NCBI GenBank assembly: GCA_028534125.1 | Contig: CM052816.1 | Location: 34,908,001-34,972,000, forward strand | Direction of reading: 5' to 3' | DNA length: 64,000 bases | Source: Lama glama | Lineage: Eukaryota | Shown: positions 26,325 to 38,026 of the stretch, in pieces | Position numbering within the stretch: the stretch's first letter is position 1 | Layout: the number at the start of each line of letters is the position of its first letter | Notes under the pieces: generated by a model | Seen by the model: only the letters and a program-made list of their open reading frames with translations | What the model was told of the DNA's origin: nothing | The model's database searches: none | Made by a program: the position numbers and the translations under genes

Positions 26325-27215
26325 AAAACTGGGAGTCACTTCCCACACCTGCCCCTCCTTCAGTCTACACATCCCATCCATCATCAAACTCAGTAGGTAG
26401 TTTCAAACTCCTTGTGACCCGCAAGAAGAAATACATTTAATGTGGCAGCTTAGTATACCATAAAACATAACTGCACACACACATGCCTGAAACAACCATT
26501 TGATGAAGCAGTACCTTTTTGGATGCAAAGTCCTCTTGTAGCTTTTATTTTTATCTCTCTATTTATTTATTTTAACAAGAGGAAAAAAACAAGTTCGTTA
26601 GCATTTATACCTCCTGTGTACATGGGAGATACTCGAAAACTGAGTAAACCCCACCACCGGTAGTTTTTATTTAGCTGTATTTCATTAAATCAATTCTAAA
26701 AATCTAAAACTCACTAAGTAAATTTATGTCCACTAATCAGTCAAGACCCACAGCTTGAAAAACACCACCCTAACCATCTCTTGGATCTAATCCCTCTCTC
26801 CGTTGCCCCTGCTATCTCCTAAGTCCAGTGTCCCATCATCTGTTGCATGGATGGCCACAGCCGCCCCCAGACTGTTTGCCCCTTGATCATTCTTGATCTC
26901 CTTCAATCCATTTCCAATCTTAACATGCAGTCAGAGTGAAATTTTCCCAAGATGAAGTATGATCATGCTGTTTTCCCTTGAATGTCCCCAGTCCCTGTTG
27001 TATAAAGTCCAACGCCTTTACTGTGCCCCCAGCCTTATAGCACATGGCCTCCACTTACTGCTCTAGCTTGACATTGGTCATTCCTCCTTCACTGTCTTCA
27101 AACTGACGTACTGCACTTCTTCCATGTCCTTGAACTTGCCATGCTCTACTTTGGGTCTATGTCTTTGTACAGTCATTGTTTCCTCTCTTTGGAACACTCC
27201 TCCCTTCCCTCTGTT
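26325..27215 (+). mobile_element. L2 fragment interrupted by a MER119-like element
   Basis: 'aaaactgggagtcact...cacatcccatccatcatcaa' then resumes 'gctatctcctaagtccagtgtcccatcatctgttgcatggat...ttccatgtccttgaacttgccatgctc...tggaacactcct'. Confidence 0.7.
26395..26767 (-). mobile_element. MER119-like hAT-Charlie element
   Basis: Termini 'tttcaaactc...gtgaccc' and 'cactaagtaaattta...cactaatcagtcaagacccacagcttgaaaaacac'. Confidence 0.6.
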
Positions 27216-27336
27216 TAGTGTGGTGGTCTCAGTCTACAGTAAGCAAAAGTGAGATGTCAGAAATTCCTTGGTGTAATGTAGAAGAAGGATTTAAAGACTT
27301 GGGGATATAGGCAGAAATGTCAGAGTAACTTTCTCA

Positions 27337-27862
27337 TGTGCTGCTGGCTTACTTGCCCCTACATCCCCTAAAAGATCCAGAGGACACTTCCTTCACAGCA
27401 GCACTGAGCAACATATGGGTAAGGGAATGTCTGCCTGGTGGATACTGTTGGTGCTGTGCCAGATCCTCTTCACAAGGCTGGAGCAGCCATCGCCCAGCTG
27501 CTCGGAGTACTGGCTACTGCCTTCTCTGTGGAGTTCCCTTCTACAACAGAAGCCACTCACCTGGGAGATTACTTCACTCCCATTGTTCTCCTAGGCAGCC
27601 AGAGGCCAAAGACTGATGGACACAAGAACTCTAAGGCAGGTGCCTTTGCCTCAAAGTAGGACCAGCTCTGTGGTGTAGTCCATACCTCAGCACTAGGGAC
27701 CAAGCTGAATCTACTGCCCAGCCAAGACCTCCTTGTTTCACCTTCTTCCCCTGCTCTATCCTGCTTCTCTCACTTCCCTTCTCCTGAGAGCACTGACTGG
27801 TAAATTATTTTCGCAGTTAAACCCTGGCCGGGCTCTGCTTCTAGGTAATCTGAGCTATGACA
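27337..27862 (+). mobile_element. LTR16-like ERVL solo LTR
   Basis: 'tgtgctgctgg...cccctacatcccct...ggctctgcttctaggtaatctgagctatgaca'; TSD-like tctca/gctca. Confidence 0.7.
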
Positions 27863-28749
27863 GCTCACATCTTTGAAAAGTACAGAGGTGGCCATCCTCT
27901 GAGGGCTGAGATGAAGGTGGAAGATGCTGTTGAAATAGCCTCTTTGGTTTCAGTGTGGATGTTTAGATTCATGGGTGGGGGAATTAATTATTTGCCAGGG
28001 GCAAGGTTGGCATGATTTCTTTCGTGGGCAAATGGCCGGATGGCATATCAGAATGGTCTGAGCCTTAAGAACTTTTGTTGGTGACTGATTGGCCACAGCA
28101 TCCCTAGAGCTAAGATGGACAGGCAGCCCCCTAAGGCACTCCTGAAACGCTGCAGCTGAACAAAGTCTGAACCTCGAAAAGAGGTGAGCATGAATTACAC
28201 AGAGGATCAAGGCCCCTCACCTAATTTCCGAGCCTGAGGTGGCTTGCCAGTCTGAAGCTCCCTTAGAGAAGGGATGTGACACAACCTTGAGGAAGGACCT
28301 GAGGATAAAATCATGACAATGTCTCCTAAATCCCCCTCTTAGCCTCCTCCAAGGGACCTGCTGACAGTCACCAGGATAACTGCACTGGAGGAGGAGCATG
28401 GCCAGCCATTTAGGGAGTCATTGGTCTTGGCTCTTAAAATGCCAGTGTGGTCTCCCAGTCAGAATGTGAGATCAGCTGGAAATGGTGTTTTGGTACAAGT
28501 TCATGTCTTGGTCCATGTCCACCTCACAGGGTGTCTGATGGGTTCATCTTACTTCCCAGGCACTTGAGGGTATAATTAGAAAAGATGAAATTAGCTACGG
28601 GCAGAATCTCCATATTGGCTCTGTTCTGTGGAGGAAGGTTTATTTTTTTAGGCAAGGAGAGTGGAAGCCCTTGGAAAGTCCCCATTGGGCCAAAATGGAA
28701 AACCAAACACATGATTCCTCAAAGGCCAGCTGTTTACATGCATCACCAT

Positions 28750-28870
28750 ATCTGATATGCTGACCACCCTGTGAGACTGGCATCATCAGCTTCATCCTAT
28801 AGATGAGCAATCTGAGCTGCAGTGAGATTGAAGAATGTGTTCCTAGAAGAACCTCTGGTTCTCACTGTCA
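28750..28870 (-). mobile_element. MIR fragment
   Basis: 'accctgtgagactggcatcatcagcttcatcctatagatgagcaatctgagc'. Confidence 0.5.
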
Positions 28871-29189
28871 GGACTGTGCTGCCCTGAAGTTGTTGTCTGG
28901 CCACTGTGGCCCCATTTCCACATCCCCATATTATAAATGTTCAAGGCTCAAGATCTGGGTTTTGGGAGTGGTGGGGGCTTCAGAGGAAATGCAGGCCACC
29001 TCTGCTATCTATCCCTGGGGCTGGACAAGGAATAGCAAGGAAGCCTTGAAACAGGATGGAAAAGCACCAGGTAGCGTATTAGTTCTAGACAACTCCAGCT
29101 ATCACTTTCTATTTCAGCTCAAGTAATCTCAGAAATTCTATAAATGAGGTAGCCTCCAGTGAAAACTACTTGTATTGTGGCAGACTTCC

Positions 29190-29568
29190 TGGTATAGACT
29201 GAATCGTGTCCACAGCAAAATCCCTATGTTGGAGCCCTAACCCCTAATGTGACTGTACTTGGAGATGGGGCCTGAAAGGAGGTGATGCAGGTTAAGTGAG
29301 GTCATCAGTGTGGGGCTCGGATCCTATAGCATTGATATCTTTCTAAGAGGAAGAGACACCAGAGCTGTCTCTCCACAGCACACCAGTGAAAGGCCCCGTG
29401 GGAGGACGGCCACCTGCAAGCCAGGGAGAGAGTTCTCACCAGAAACCAAATGTACTAGAACCTTGATCTTGGACTTCTAGCCTCCGGAACAATGATAAAG
29501 CAAATTTCCATTCTTGAAGCCACTCAGTGAGTGGTGTTTTGTTAGGGCATCCCCCGCTCACGCAGACA
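29190..29568 (+). mobile_element. MLT1A/B-like MaLR solo LTR
   Basis: 'tggtatagactgaatcgtgtc...cccctaatgtgactgtacttggagatgggg...ccttgatcttggacttctagcctccggaac'; TSD cttcc/ctccc. Confidence 0.88.
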
Positions 29569-31044
29569 CTCCCCTCAGCCCAGCCTGGAGCCAGCCTCTG
29601 CAGAGCCATGCTGTTTGGTCACACAGGCTGCCTGTTTGTCAACCCCCGGTCGACAGTTTGTCAAGTACTTTACTCCTGATTAGATTTCTAGCAAGAGTGG
29701 TGCTGAGAACTCTTCTTCTCTAAGAGATATTATTATTATCACGAAGAATTCTATTCTGCACTTACCTTCTGCTTGGAGATTGATTGTGAGGACCACGGTG
29801 AATCGTGGAATAATCTTCATTAATGCATAATTGCTACACACTGATTCAACTAGTCAGAGCCCGCCCTTTTTCTTGCTAAGAAAAATTTACACTTAGAAAA
29901 GTAGGGAATGAGAGAAAGGGACTAAAACTCCCCCAGCACTCTGGAGACCCTTTGCACTTCTCTTTGTTTTATCAGATGTGTTTTCTATCGGGCCCTGAAG
30001 TTTTTCAGCTCGAAAATGTTCCAGGGCACAAAGAAAGGTCTGTCTGCTGTGAAATGGTGAGGGGATACCCTCTTCCAAATCAGATATCAGCCTGTCAGCC
30101 TTGATGGCCCCCTCTTCACACCCAGATTCAAGCAGCCCTCACCTTGTGTTCTTTCTTCTTCCTAAACACTGCCCCAGTGCAACATTTCTCCTCTAGTCCA
30201 TGGCCCTCATCTGCTCGTCCCTGATCTTTGCAGGCCTTTCCAACCCATCTTTCTAGCTGCTGTTCCCTCACGTACACTCTCTTGCTACACTATTGCCAGC
30301 AACCATCATAATAAAATCCCTTCAGGATTTCTCTACAGGAAACGTGCTTTTTGCATGACAGCATCTCCGACCCACTTCCCAACTTAAGGGCAGGCACATG
30401 ACCCAGGCCCACCCCAAGTTACCCTGTCTATGCTGACTGGGTCATAGTTACCCTGCCAGCCCCAGCAGGGCTCACTCAGACTCCCACCCCAGGACTTCTG
30501 CTAGAGTGGTGAGGAAAGTGGCATTTGTTTCTTTCTAAAATCATTAATCCCCAATGATCCATCACTTGAGGACTGACTACCTGAGAATGGCAAGATCAAG
30601 GAGATCTGAGTCAAGAGATGGAGCGAGGGAAGGAAATAGGGCGGGTGGAAGGGAGAAGGAGAGGAGAGAGTGACGGTTTTGCTATCGTCTGCAACCAGAA
30701 CAGTCCTGATGCACATTTCCTTGTCCTAGAACGTAGCACCGTCTCTAGGAGTCGGCCCTCTCCTTCTCTCCCTCCTCATCCCATAGCCTGCTTTCCATCA
30801 GGCCCCCATCATGCAGCTCTGCGTCAAGTCCCCTGACTGTGATGTTTGAGTTCAGGCTCCAGGTTTTATACTGCTGTTCTCCCTGCCAGGAACATGGTCT
30901 TCCCAGTCTCTGCTCGGCTCCCTCCTTCTGCTCCTCCTGTCAGACCCAGCTCACCCAACAGCACCCTCCGTCCCTGCCACCACCACGGATTAAACCCTCA
31001 TCTGTGCTCAAAGACTACCATGGCTAGTTCTGTTACTAAACCGT

Positions 31045-31166
31045 AACTGCATCTAGTAGGTTGAAGACACGGATGCTGTTAAACATTCCACAATGTGCAG
31101 GACAGACCCCGCGATGAAGAATTATTGGACACAAAATGTCAACAGTGCTGAGGTTGAGAAACCCGG
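31045..31166 (-). mobile_element. MER20 half element
   Basis: 'gcatctagtaggttgaag...gatgctgttaaacattccacaatgtgcaggacag...aaaatgtcaacagtgctgaggttgagaaaccc'. Confidence 0.8.
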
Positions 31167-31333
31167 TGAAGTGAGTGCTCAGAGCCCCAAGGAAAAGAAT
31201 CAGACTGTTGTCACATCAGAGTTTTCAGCACCAATGTGAGATCTGTCCTGAAAAGACTGTCTTCAGAGTCCAAGGAAAAAGGGATTTAAAAGGAATTTAG
31301 TCCTAGAGTTCTGTGTCCAGCTGAGCTGTCAGT

Positions 31334-31336
<3 letters not shown>

Positions 31337-31368
<32 letters not shown>
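31337..31368. repeat. (GT)16 microsatellite
   Basis: Directly visible, uninterrupted. Confidence 0.95.
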
Positions 31369-31369
<1 letters not shown>

Positions 31370-32516
31370 TGCCTGCATGTGGGGTTTGGGGTGCATTTTT
31401 GAACTTAAAAGCACTTTTAAAGTTTACTACTCCCCCATACATTTATTTGAAAAAATTATTTGAGATGGTGTTCCAGAAAAACACAAGTAAGGAGTCCAGA
31501 AAATGAATGGCATCAGAAACAAGAGAGAGAGAGTTGAGTAACAGCCAGGCAATGTGAAAAAAATCTAGAGAAAATAAATAAAAAAGACTCCATTAGACCT
31601 TGATGCACATAGAATCCTCACTCAACAGGACTATATAAATTCGGGAGTCATAAGCTCATAGATGTAAATATTTAAAGCCACATAAATATTGTTTAGAGTT
31701 ATGTTAGAAGGTCACCAGAAGAGGAACAGCAGAAGCATAGCCGGGCGTGGGGGAGGGCCAGGAGTGGGGAGAGATGGTCGTATGCCCTGCTCTCTGGTTA
31801 CTCTCTGGTTAGCTTTAAAAAAAAATGTGAATGTATTATTTGTGTAATAAAAATACTCTAGTTAGAAATATCTATTTAAAAACTAAAATTCTGAATCCCT
31901 GTGATTCTGAAGATGAAATAAATCTTTAGTAGAATTCTGACTGTTGATTATCTCAGAGAAAGGAGGGTTGGGTGCACATGCTTGCCCACAACAGGGAACA
32001 CTTATATAAGTTATGATATATCTATTCCATTATATAACTATTAATATAATGAGCTTATTGAAAACTAATGTAGATATACAAAAAATACTAGGAGATAATG
32101 TCAAATAAAGATATATGCATATATTTTATAAGATTATGCACATTTGAAATAAGGCTAGAAGGAAATTGCCCCAGTGATGGCAGTGCCTATATGAGACTAA
32201 TGAGGGTATAGATGATATGTAATACCTATTTTTTCTTTACCTCACTTCCCCATGTTCTACCTATAATGTTACTCCTATGATTAAAAAGCAGTCTCCCTTT
32301 AAAGGGTGAGAAGGCCTTGTTTTTGGCAGTCCAAAGATGCCAGGGCACACAGCTCTGGTGACTCCTGTTTGCAGGAGGGCCCTCTGTCTCTTCTTAAACA
32401 GGAGACTGGAAAATGACCACCTTCTGGTTGCAAAAGAAAGCCACAAGGATGCCAACAAATGACATCTGTGGTTATCATTTCTTTCTGGATGAATGGAAAA
32501 ATAAGAATTTGGGATC

Positions 32517-32518
<2 letters not shown>

Positions 32519-32555
<37 letters not shown>

Positions 32556-32572
32556 TTTGTGTGCGTGTGTGT
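32519..32572. repeat. (GT)17 microsatellite with degenerate tail
   Basis: Directly visible. Confidence 0.95.
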
Positions 32573-32821
32573 CTTTCTGCCGTGGGAGTCAAGGAGTTAA
32601 AGACTAGGCTGCTACTACAGCTGCATGATTAAGAAAGGTCAGTGGGTTTTCAGCAGGAAATGGAAAGTAGCTACTGAAGGAAATTTCAAGAGATTTTGAT
32701 CCAAATTAGTGTGAAGTTTTGGAGTCTGTTGGCAACCTCTGGGATGGATTTGAGCACAGAATAAGATTAAAGATAATTTAATGTAAAAATACATGTGTTG
32801 AAGGGAATGGAACAGGGGCTC

Positions 32822-33310
32822 TGTGGCACACCTGCTGGCTGTTCTCCAAAGTATCCATTCCTCCTCCTCCTGTAGTAGCAGGAAACCCATTTTGTAGAGA
32901 GACACAGGATTTCTAGGGGGAAAAAAAGACTATATTTTCCCCCATCTTGGAGCTGGCATGAAAATATAACGAAGCTCTCGTCAGATATTTAAGTGGAAAT
33001 GGTGTTTGCCATTCCCGAGAAGCATCTCTCCAGGGAGAGAGCCCCCTGTCCTCACTTTCCTGCCTTCTCTCTGCCTGGAGTGTGGACGGACAACTGGGGC
33101 TGGGACAGCCACCTCAGCCATCAGTGGCCTGGGGAATGGGAGCTCCACGTAGCTGGGCAGCGAGGTAGACTCAGCACAGCCCTACGCACCCTCCCACCTC
33201 CCCAAGGCCTCATGCAGGTTCTAGTCCACCTAATTCTGGACATACATGTGGGAGAAAAATGAACTTCTATATCGTTTAAGCCACTGCATTTGGGGCTTTT
33301 GAAACCACAA
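32822..33310 (+). mobile_element. Old MLT1 (MLT1J-like) solo LTR
   Basis: 'tgtggcacacctgctggctgttctccaaagtatccattcctcc...gagaaaaatgaacttctatatcgtttaagccactgcatttgggg'. Confidence 0.7.
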
Positions 33311-34572
33311 GGGAGGCTGTGGCGTGAAGTTGTTGAACAGTATTGCTGCAGGGGAACCATTATCTGCTCCATGTCAGGTACCTGTTTGACTTGACACAAT
33401 CAGGAGGTTGCTTTTAAAAACAAAAACCAGAGCCCCACAGAAACAAAACCTAAATAGCCACACAGACTCTCATGACCACAGAGAGGAGAAGAAACACCAA
33501 GGCTAGCCTTCATCCCTGGCAGGACTCTGAAGAGTGTGTGGGGATGCAGAGCCTCCCTTGAAGGTAGCACTGAGGGACTCAAATGCATTTGGAGTCAGAG
33601 TGCATTTTGCATTTGTGGGGACCTGATGCAAGAACACATCGGTCCTTTAAGTCTCAGTTCCCAGCCTGGGTGTAGGCAATTTCCCCCAGTGCTTTTCTTC
33701 TCTCCAGGAAGTCTCAGATTTCCCTGTCTGACTATTGCAGGTGCTCAGAGTGAGTCAAAATATGCAACTTTCCTTAGAAGATGCCGCCTTTACAAATAAT
33801 GCTACTGATTATAAAGGCTCCATAAATGATGCTACTAAACCAAGGTGATCAGACCTTGTTCAGTCCTGAGGGAAAAAATCCTGCCAGAATCAGTAATGAC
33901 AGTAACATCCAGTCATCAGATAAAAAGCACTGAGTTGCACTTTTATTTGTTTCTTGGTATCGTGAATCCTCCAAAGAGTGAGCCTGGCCATAGCCTGGAA
34001 GGAGGAATGGGGAGCAATTGAAAGAGAACCAATTGCAGGGGTGCCTGGAAAAGACTAATTCCATCTGTTACAAATGCAACTACTTCGTGGAAACCTAGGG
34101 ATGATGAGCTGAGTAAAATTCAGCAGCGCTAGACCCTGAGGCCCCTCATTTTCCCTGGAATGTCAGTGTGACTGAAGTGTCCTGGTCTTCAAAGCTGATG
34201 AGAGGGAAAAGGCTGCTTGGGAAGAAGAAGAGGCTACAGAGAATGTTCTGGACTCTTCTCCAGGTTTCTAGGTGAATCAAGTGGTTAAAGGAAGCCAGGA
34301 GTCTGCGACAAGATGGCAATACTTATTAAGTGATTAGCAATACTTAGGAAGGTTATGTTCAGTTATTTTTGTAATTTGAATTTTTACTTGAGTGGAGGAA
34401 AACCACCTTTCTACCTCAGAATTACCTGTGCCTCTACCTGACAAGCCAGAGGCATCGAATCAGCGCAGGGGGGAGACAGGCCAGAGCGGGTGTGCAGAAA
34501 TGAACCTCCTGACCGCTGTTGGCAAACCAACCTGACCAGCTGAGAATCACCGCATCAACAGCAGCACTGCAA

Positions 34573-34602
34573 GGGAGAGGGAGGGGGAGGGGGAAGAACG
34601 GG
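34573..34602 (+). other. Canonical G-quadruplex motif
   Basis: GGG-aga-GGG-a-GGGGG-a-GGGGG-aagaac-GGG. Confidence 0.55.
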
Positions 34603-37600
34603 AGGCCCAAAGGGAAACTAACCGTGAGTGGGACCATTAACCCCAGCAGGCGCAGGAGGCCTGGCCAGCTGCCCTGGTTTCCATGGAGAGCTTACTCGCC
34701 GAAGCTTCCTAGCACGCCTGGGGGAGAATCTCTTTCCATCAGCCTGTTGGAGGAGACTCGGGGCCAGCACTGAATCAATGGAGTCTTCTGAAGTTCAGTG
34801 CTGGCAAGTGTTCAAATAAGGCAGGCAGTTCTGCTGGTCCAGAGTTTTATGTCCTTTATCCTCTGAACTTTCACACACAATCTCATTGCTCAACTGGTTG
34901 GATCCATTTCCAAGCATTCTACGAACCAATTCCCCGAGTCCTAGTCTCCCCTGAGTTAATTACCAAGACCTGGTATCCTCAGTGTTCTTATTCTTCATGG
35001 TCTCTGCCTTCCCTCTTCTGCAATGTCTGTAAAGCCCAAGGTAGGAGAAGCACTTAAATCATTGGTTTAGGTGAGAAGCTTGGATTATGTGTGCATTTCT
35101 TGAACCATGTTTGGCTCTTGTGAAATGAAACTCTCTCCCCATTTGCTGCTTATTTCTTGCCGGCTGGTGGTGAGTTCACTGTCTCAGGTCAGGCACCTTA
35201 GAGGCTGGGGAGCAGATCTTCAAAGTCCATCTCTGTGACAGATGAGGACTCCCAGGGTCTCAGAGCAACTTTAGCCTCCATCTCCCCCTTAAATCTAAAG
35301 CTTACTTCCAGCTCTTCTCTCTGGCTGTTCTCATGACTTTCATACCCCTTGAAGGGATCCAAATGAGTCTCCATTTCATGACAAAGCAACTCCGCTTTGG
35401 AAAAGAAAAGCTACAAATTGCTGGCTGCTTGGGCAAGGTGGCATTGCACAGCCATGCGAGTCTCCTGATGCCTCTCTGGGCTGATTGTATTATCAGTTCC
35501 CAGAGGATCAGGAGGAGAACAAACTTCTGTGAATGTTGTCAAGATCACCTTGGGCAAGATGAAGGCAGCCCAACAGTTCCAAAAGAGGCCCCATCAGCAG
35601 CTGTCCAGCCCAAAGGGTGGGTGTGGACAAGAATACGTTTGAAGGCAGAATAAATGTAAGACACTCCAAGTCCTAGCCCTGTTCTGTTAGAAGAGAAGCC
35701 TTATCCGAAAAGCTAGATATGAATACATTCTTCTAAGGAAGGTAAAGCATCTTAGAGCAGTATTATCAGTGAAGAGAAATCATAGTCTTTACAGAGAGCA
35801 GTGTCTAAGGGGAGACAGAAGCATCAAACTCAAAGCCAATAAACTGAAAAGGGGGACGTAAGAACAGCTGGAGTCAGCACCTGTTACTCTGCATCCCCAG
35901 AGACCTCTGTGAGGAGGTGAGAGGGTTTAAAAAATAAGAGCAGAAACGGCCAGGTTGAGCTGAATTGTTTCTTTCCTCTGGGTTGAACAGGCTCCTCTTT
36001 CGTTTCTGGCTGTAGTCCTCTGCAAGCTCCTGTACAGAGCGCCCAGGGAACTCCCTGGCAGGGCAGGGAGGGAAACGAGGAGAAAGGAGGGAGGAAGACT
36101 AGCTGTTAGAGGCACAGAGTTGTGGGGAAACAGATAATGTTAGATCTGGAAAGAAATTCACATGCGCGGAGACTGGGGTGAAGGGCCCTGGAGTTACCAT
36201 GGCTGCTGGAGGCCAGGCACTGTGCCACATGGGTTGAATATTGAACTGGGATGAAAATACAGTAAAATAGTAAAATATTGCTGGATGCTTCTCCCCCTCC
36301 CTGTATTTCCTGCCCCTTACCCTCATCCAGACAGCAGCTGGACCACTTGAGAGTCTTTGCCTCAGAGAAGGGTTATTACTGCAGAAACACAGATAAAGAA
36401 AGTTTTACATTTCAAAAACCTGGGCCCTGAAGGTAATCAAGAAATTTTTTAAACGTGTGGAAATCAAGAACAATCCTTCCCAACTGTGAGCCTGCGTGGG
36501 AAAAAGGAGAGTAATTCATGGGTTGATGCTGGCAGGAACAAGTGGGAGCTCTGCTGTGTCTCCACTCCTCTCCAAAATCCATGAAGGCAGAAACTCACAT
36601 CAACTAGAGGCATTTGGGGACTCAGGACCCCTTGCCCCCAAGGCATCACTAGTGGCCTTGTGTGGCTGAGCAGACCAGCCAGGTGTGTAGGACAGCATCC
36701 CCAGAGACTTCTGAGAGTAGGTGGAAGGTTTTCAAAAACAAGAGAGAAAATATTTCTCCTCCTTTCCCTCCCTACAGAGCATCACTAGGCCAGCAGGCAC
36801 CTTTTTGGACAGAAGGAGAGGAACACTGTGGCACATCCCTGGGCGGGATCCTACGTGAACGGAAAGTCTGTGTGTGGTTCGGAAGACTCAATGTTATTAA
36901 GGTACCAATTCTCCGACCATAGCCTTGAGTCCTTTCCTCACTCTCCCCTAATACAGATGCTTCAGCCCTCTGTTAACCTTGGAATCGTCCCCATATATTA
37001 ACTCCCCTGGACTCTATTTCCTTTTCTAACCCTGAGCTTCCTTCTAACAGGTCCTGATGTAGCAACAGGTATGTAGCAATACCAGTCCCCTCAATCTCCT
37101 GGCGCTGGAGCCCCTGGTCAGTTGCATCTAACCGCAAGCAGTCTCCATTCGCCCTGTGTGCCGCCAGCTGCAAAGACTTAGGAAATTCTGCCTAGATCTC
37201 ATGGTCCTTCACTTTGATCTGTCTAGCATTTGCTCTCTTGACTTACACTGTGCTTGCCCTGCAGTCTCCCACTCCTTTATCCATCTTTCAGCCTGACGTC
37301 TCTGCTACTGCCACACACTGAGCACTGCTCAGTGCACCACGTATGTTATCCCCAATCTTAGCTGGACCCTTGATGCTGAAATAGTCTTCTCTGAGTCTGA
37401 GCCAGCTTCCTTTCCACTTTTATCAGCTGCTTTTCCAGTCTGAATTGCCTTTTTAAAATCCCCTCCTCAACTGCAGCACCCTTTCTTCTTGGCAAATAAT
37501 CTTAGGCTTGGTACTTAACTGAAAAGAGAAAAACTGAGGCCATCAGATAACAACTTCCTTAGCTACTTCCTCTGCCAGGCCCAAGTTTACAGTGCTGGCA

Positions 37601-37605
37601 TACAG

Positions 37606-38026
37606 ATAGGGAGATGATGACTATTCTCCATGAATCTCTCAAGTTTCTAGATGTCTAGGCACAAAAACCAATTTGATTTGGAGTATGTTTTCAAGAATGT
37701 TTGTACAAGCAAGCAGCCTGGGAAAGATGGCAATGTCTCTTACATTACAGGTTAATAAAGACGGGGCATCCACCTCCCCTTCTCAGAGCAGATTCCCTTA
37801 CATTCCAGGATAATCTCTTGCTCTGGAAAGGAGGTCTGGGCAGGTTTTCCAGAAACACTTAGATGAGATCGGGGCTTGCTAATCTCAGGGCTCCATTCCT
37901 GTAACGCTCCCCACTGCACGTGCAGGTAATAGTTGGCCCAGTCGTCTCTCTGTGGGACTGGGGTTTGGAGAACAAGTGCAAGTTGGTACTCTGCCTCCTA
38001 CTATTGCTGTGAATAATAAACAAGTC
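37606..38026 (+). mobile_element. LTR40-like ERVL LTR, interrupted by an L1
   Basis: 'ttttcaagaatgtttgta...cagcctgggaaagat...ctcagggctccattcctgtaacgc...ccactgcacgtgcagg...attgctgtgaataataaa'. Confidence 0.7.

Noticed and set aside
31790..31811. 11-bp direct duplication ctctctggtta x2
   Set aside because: Ordinary slippage micro-duplication.
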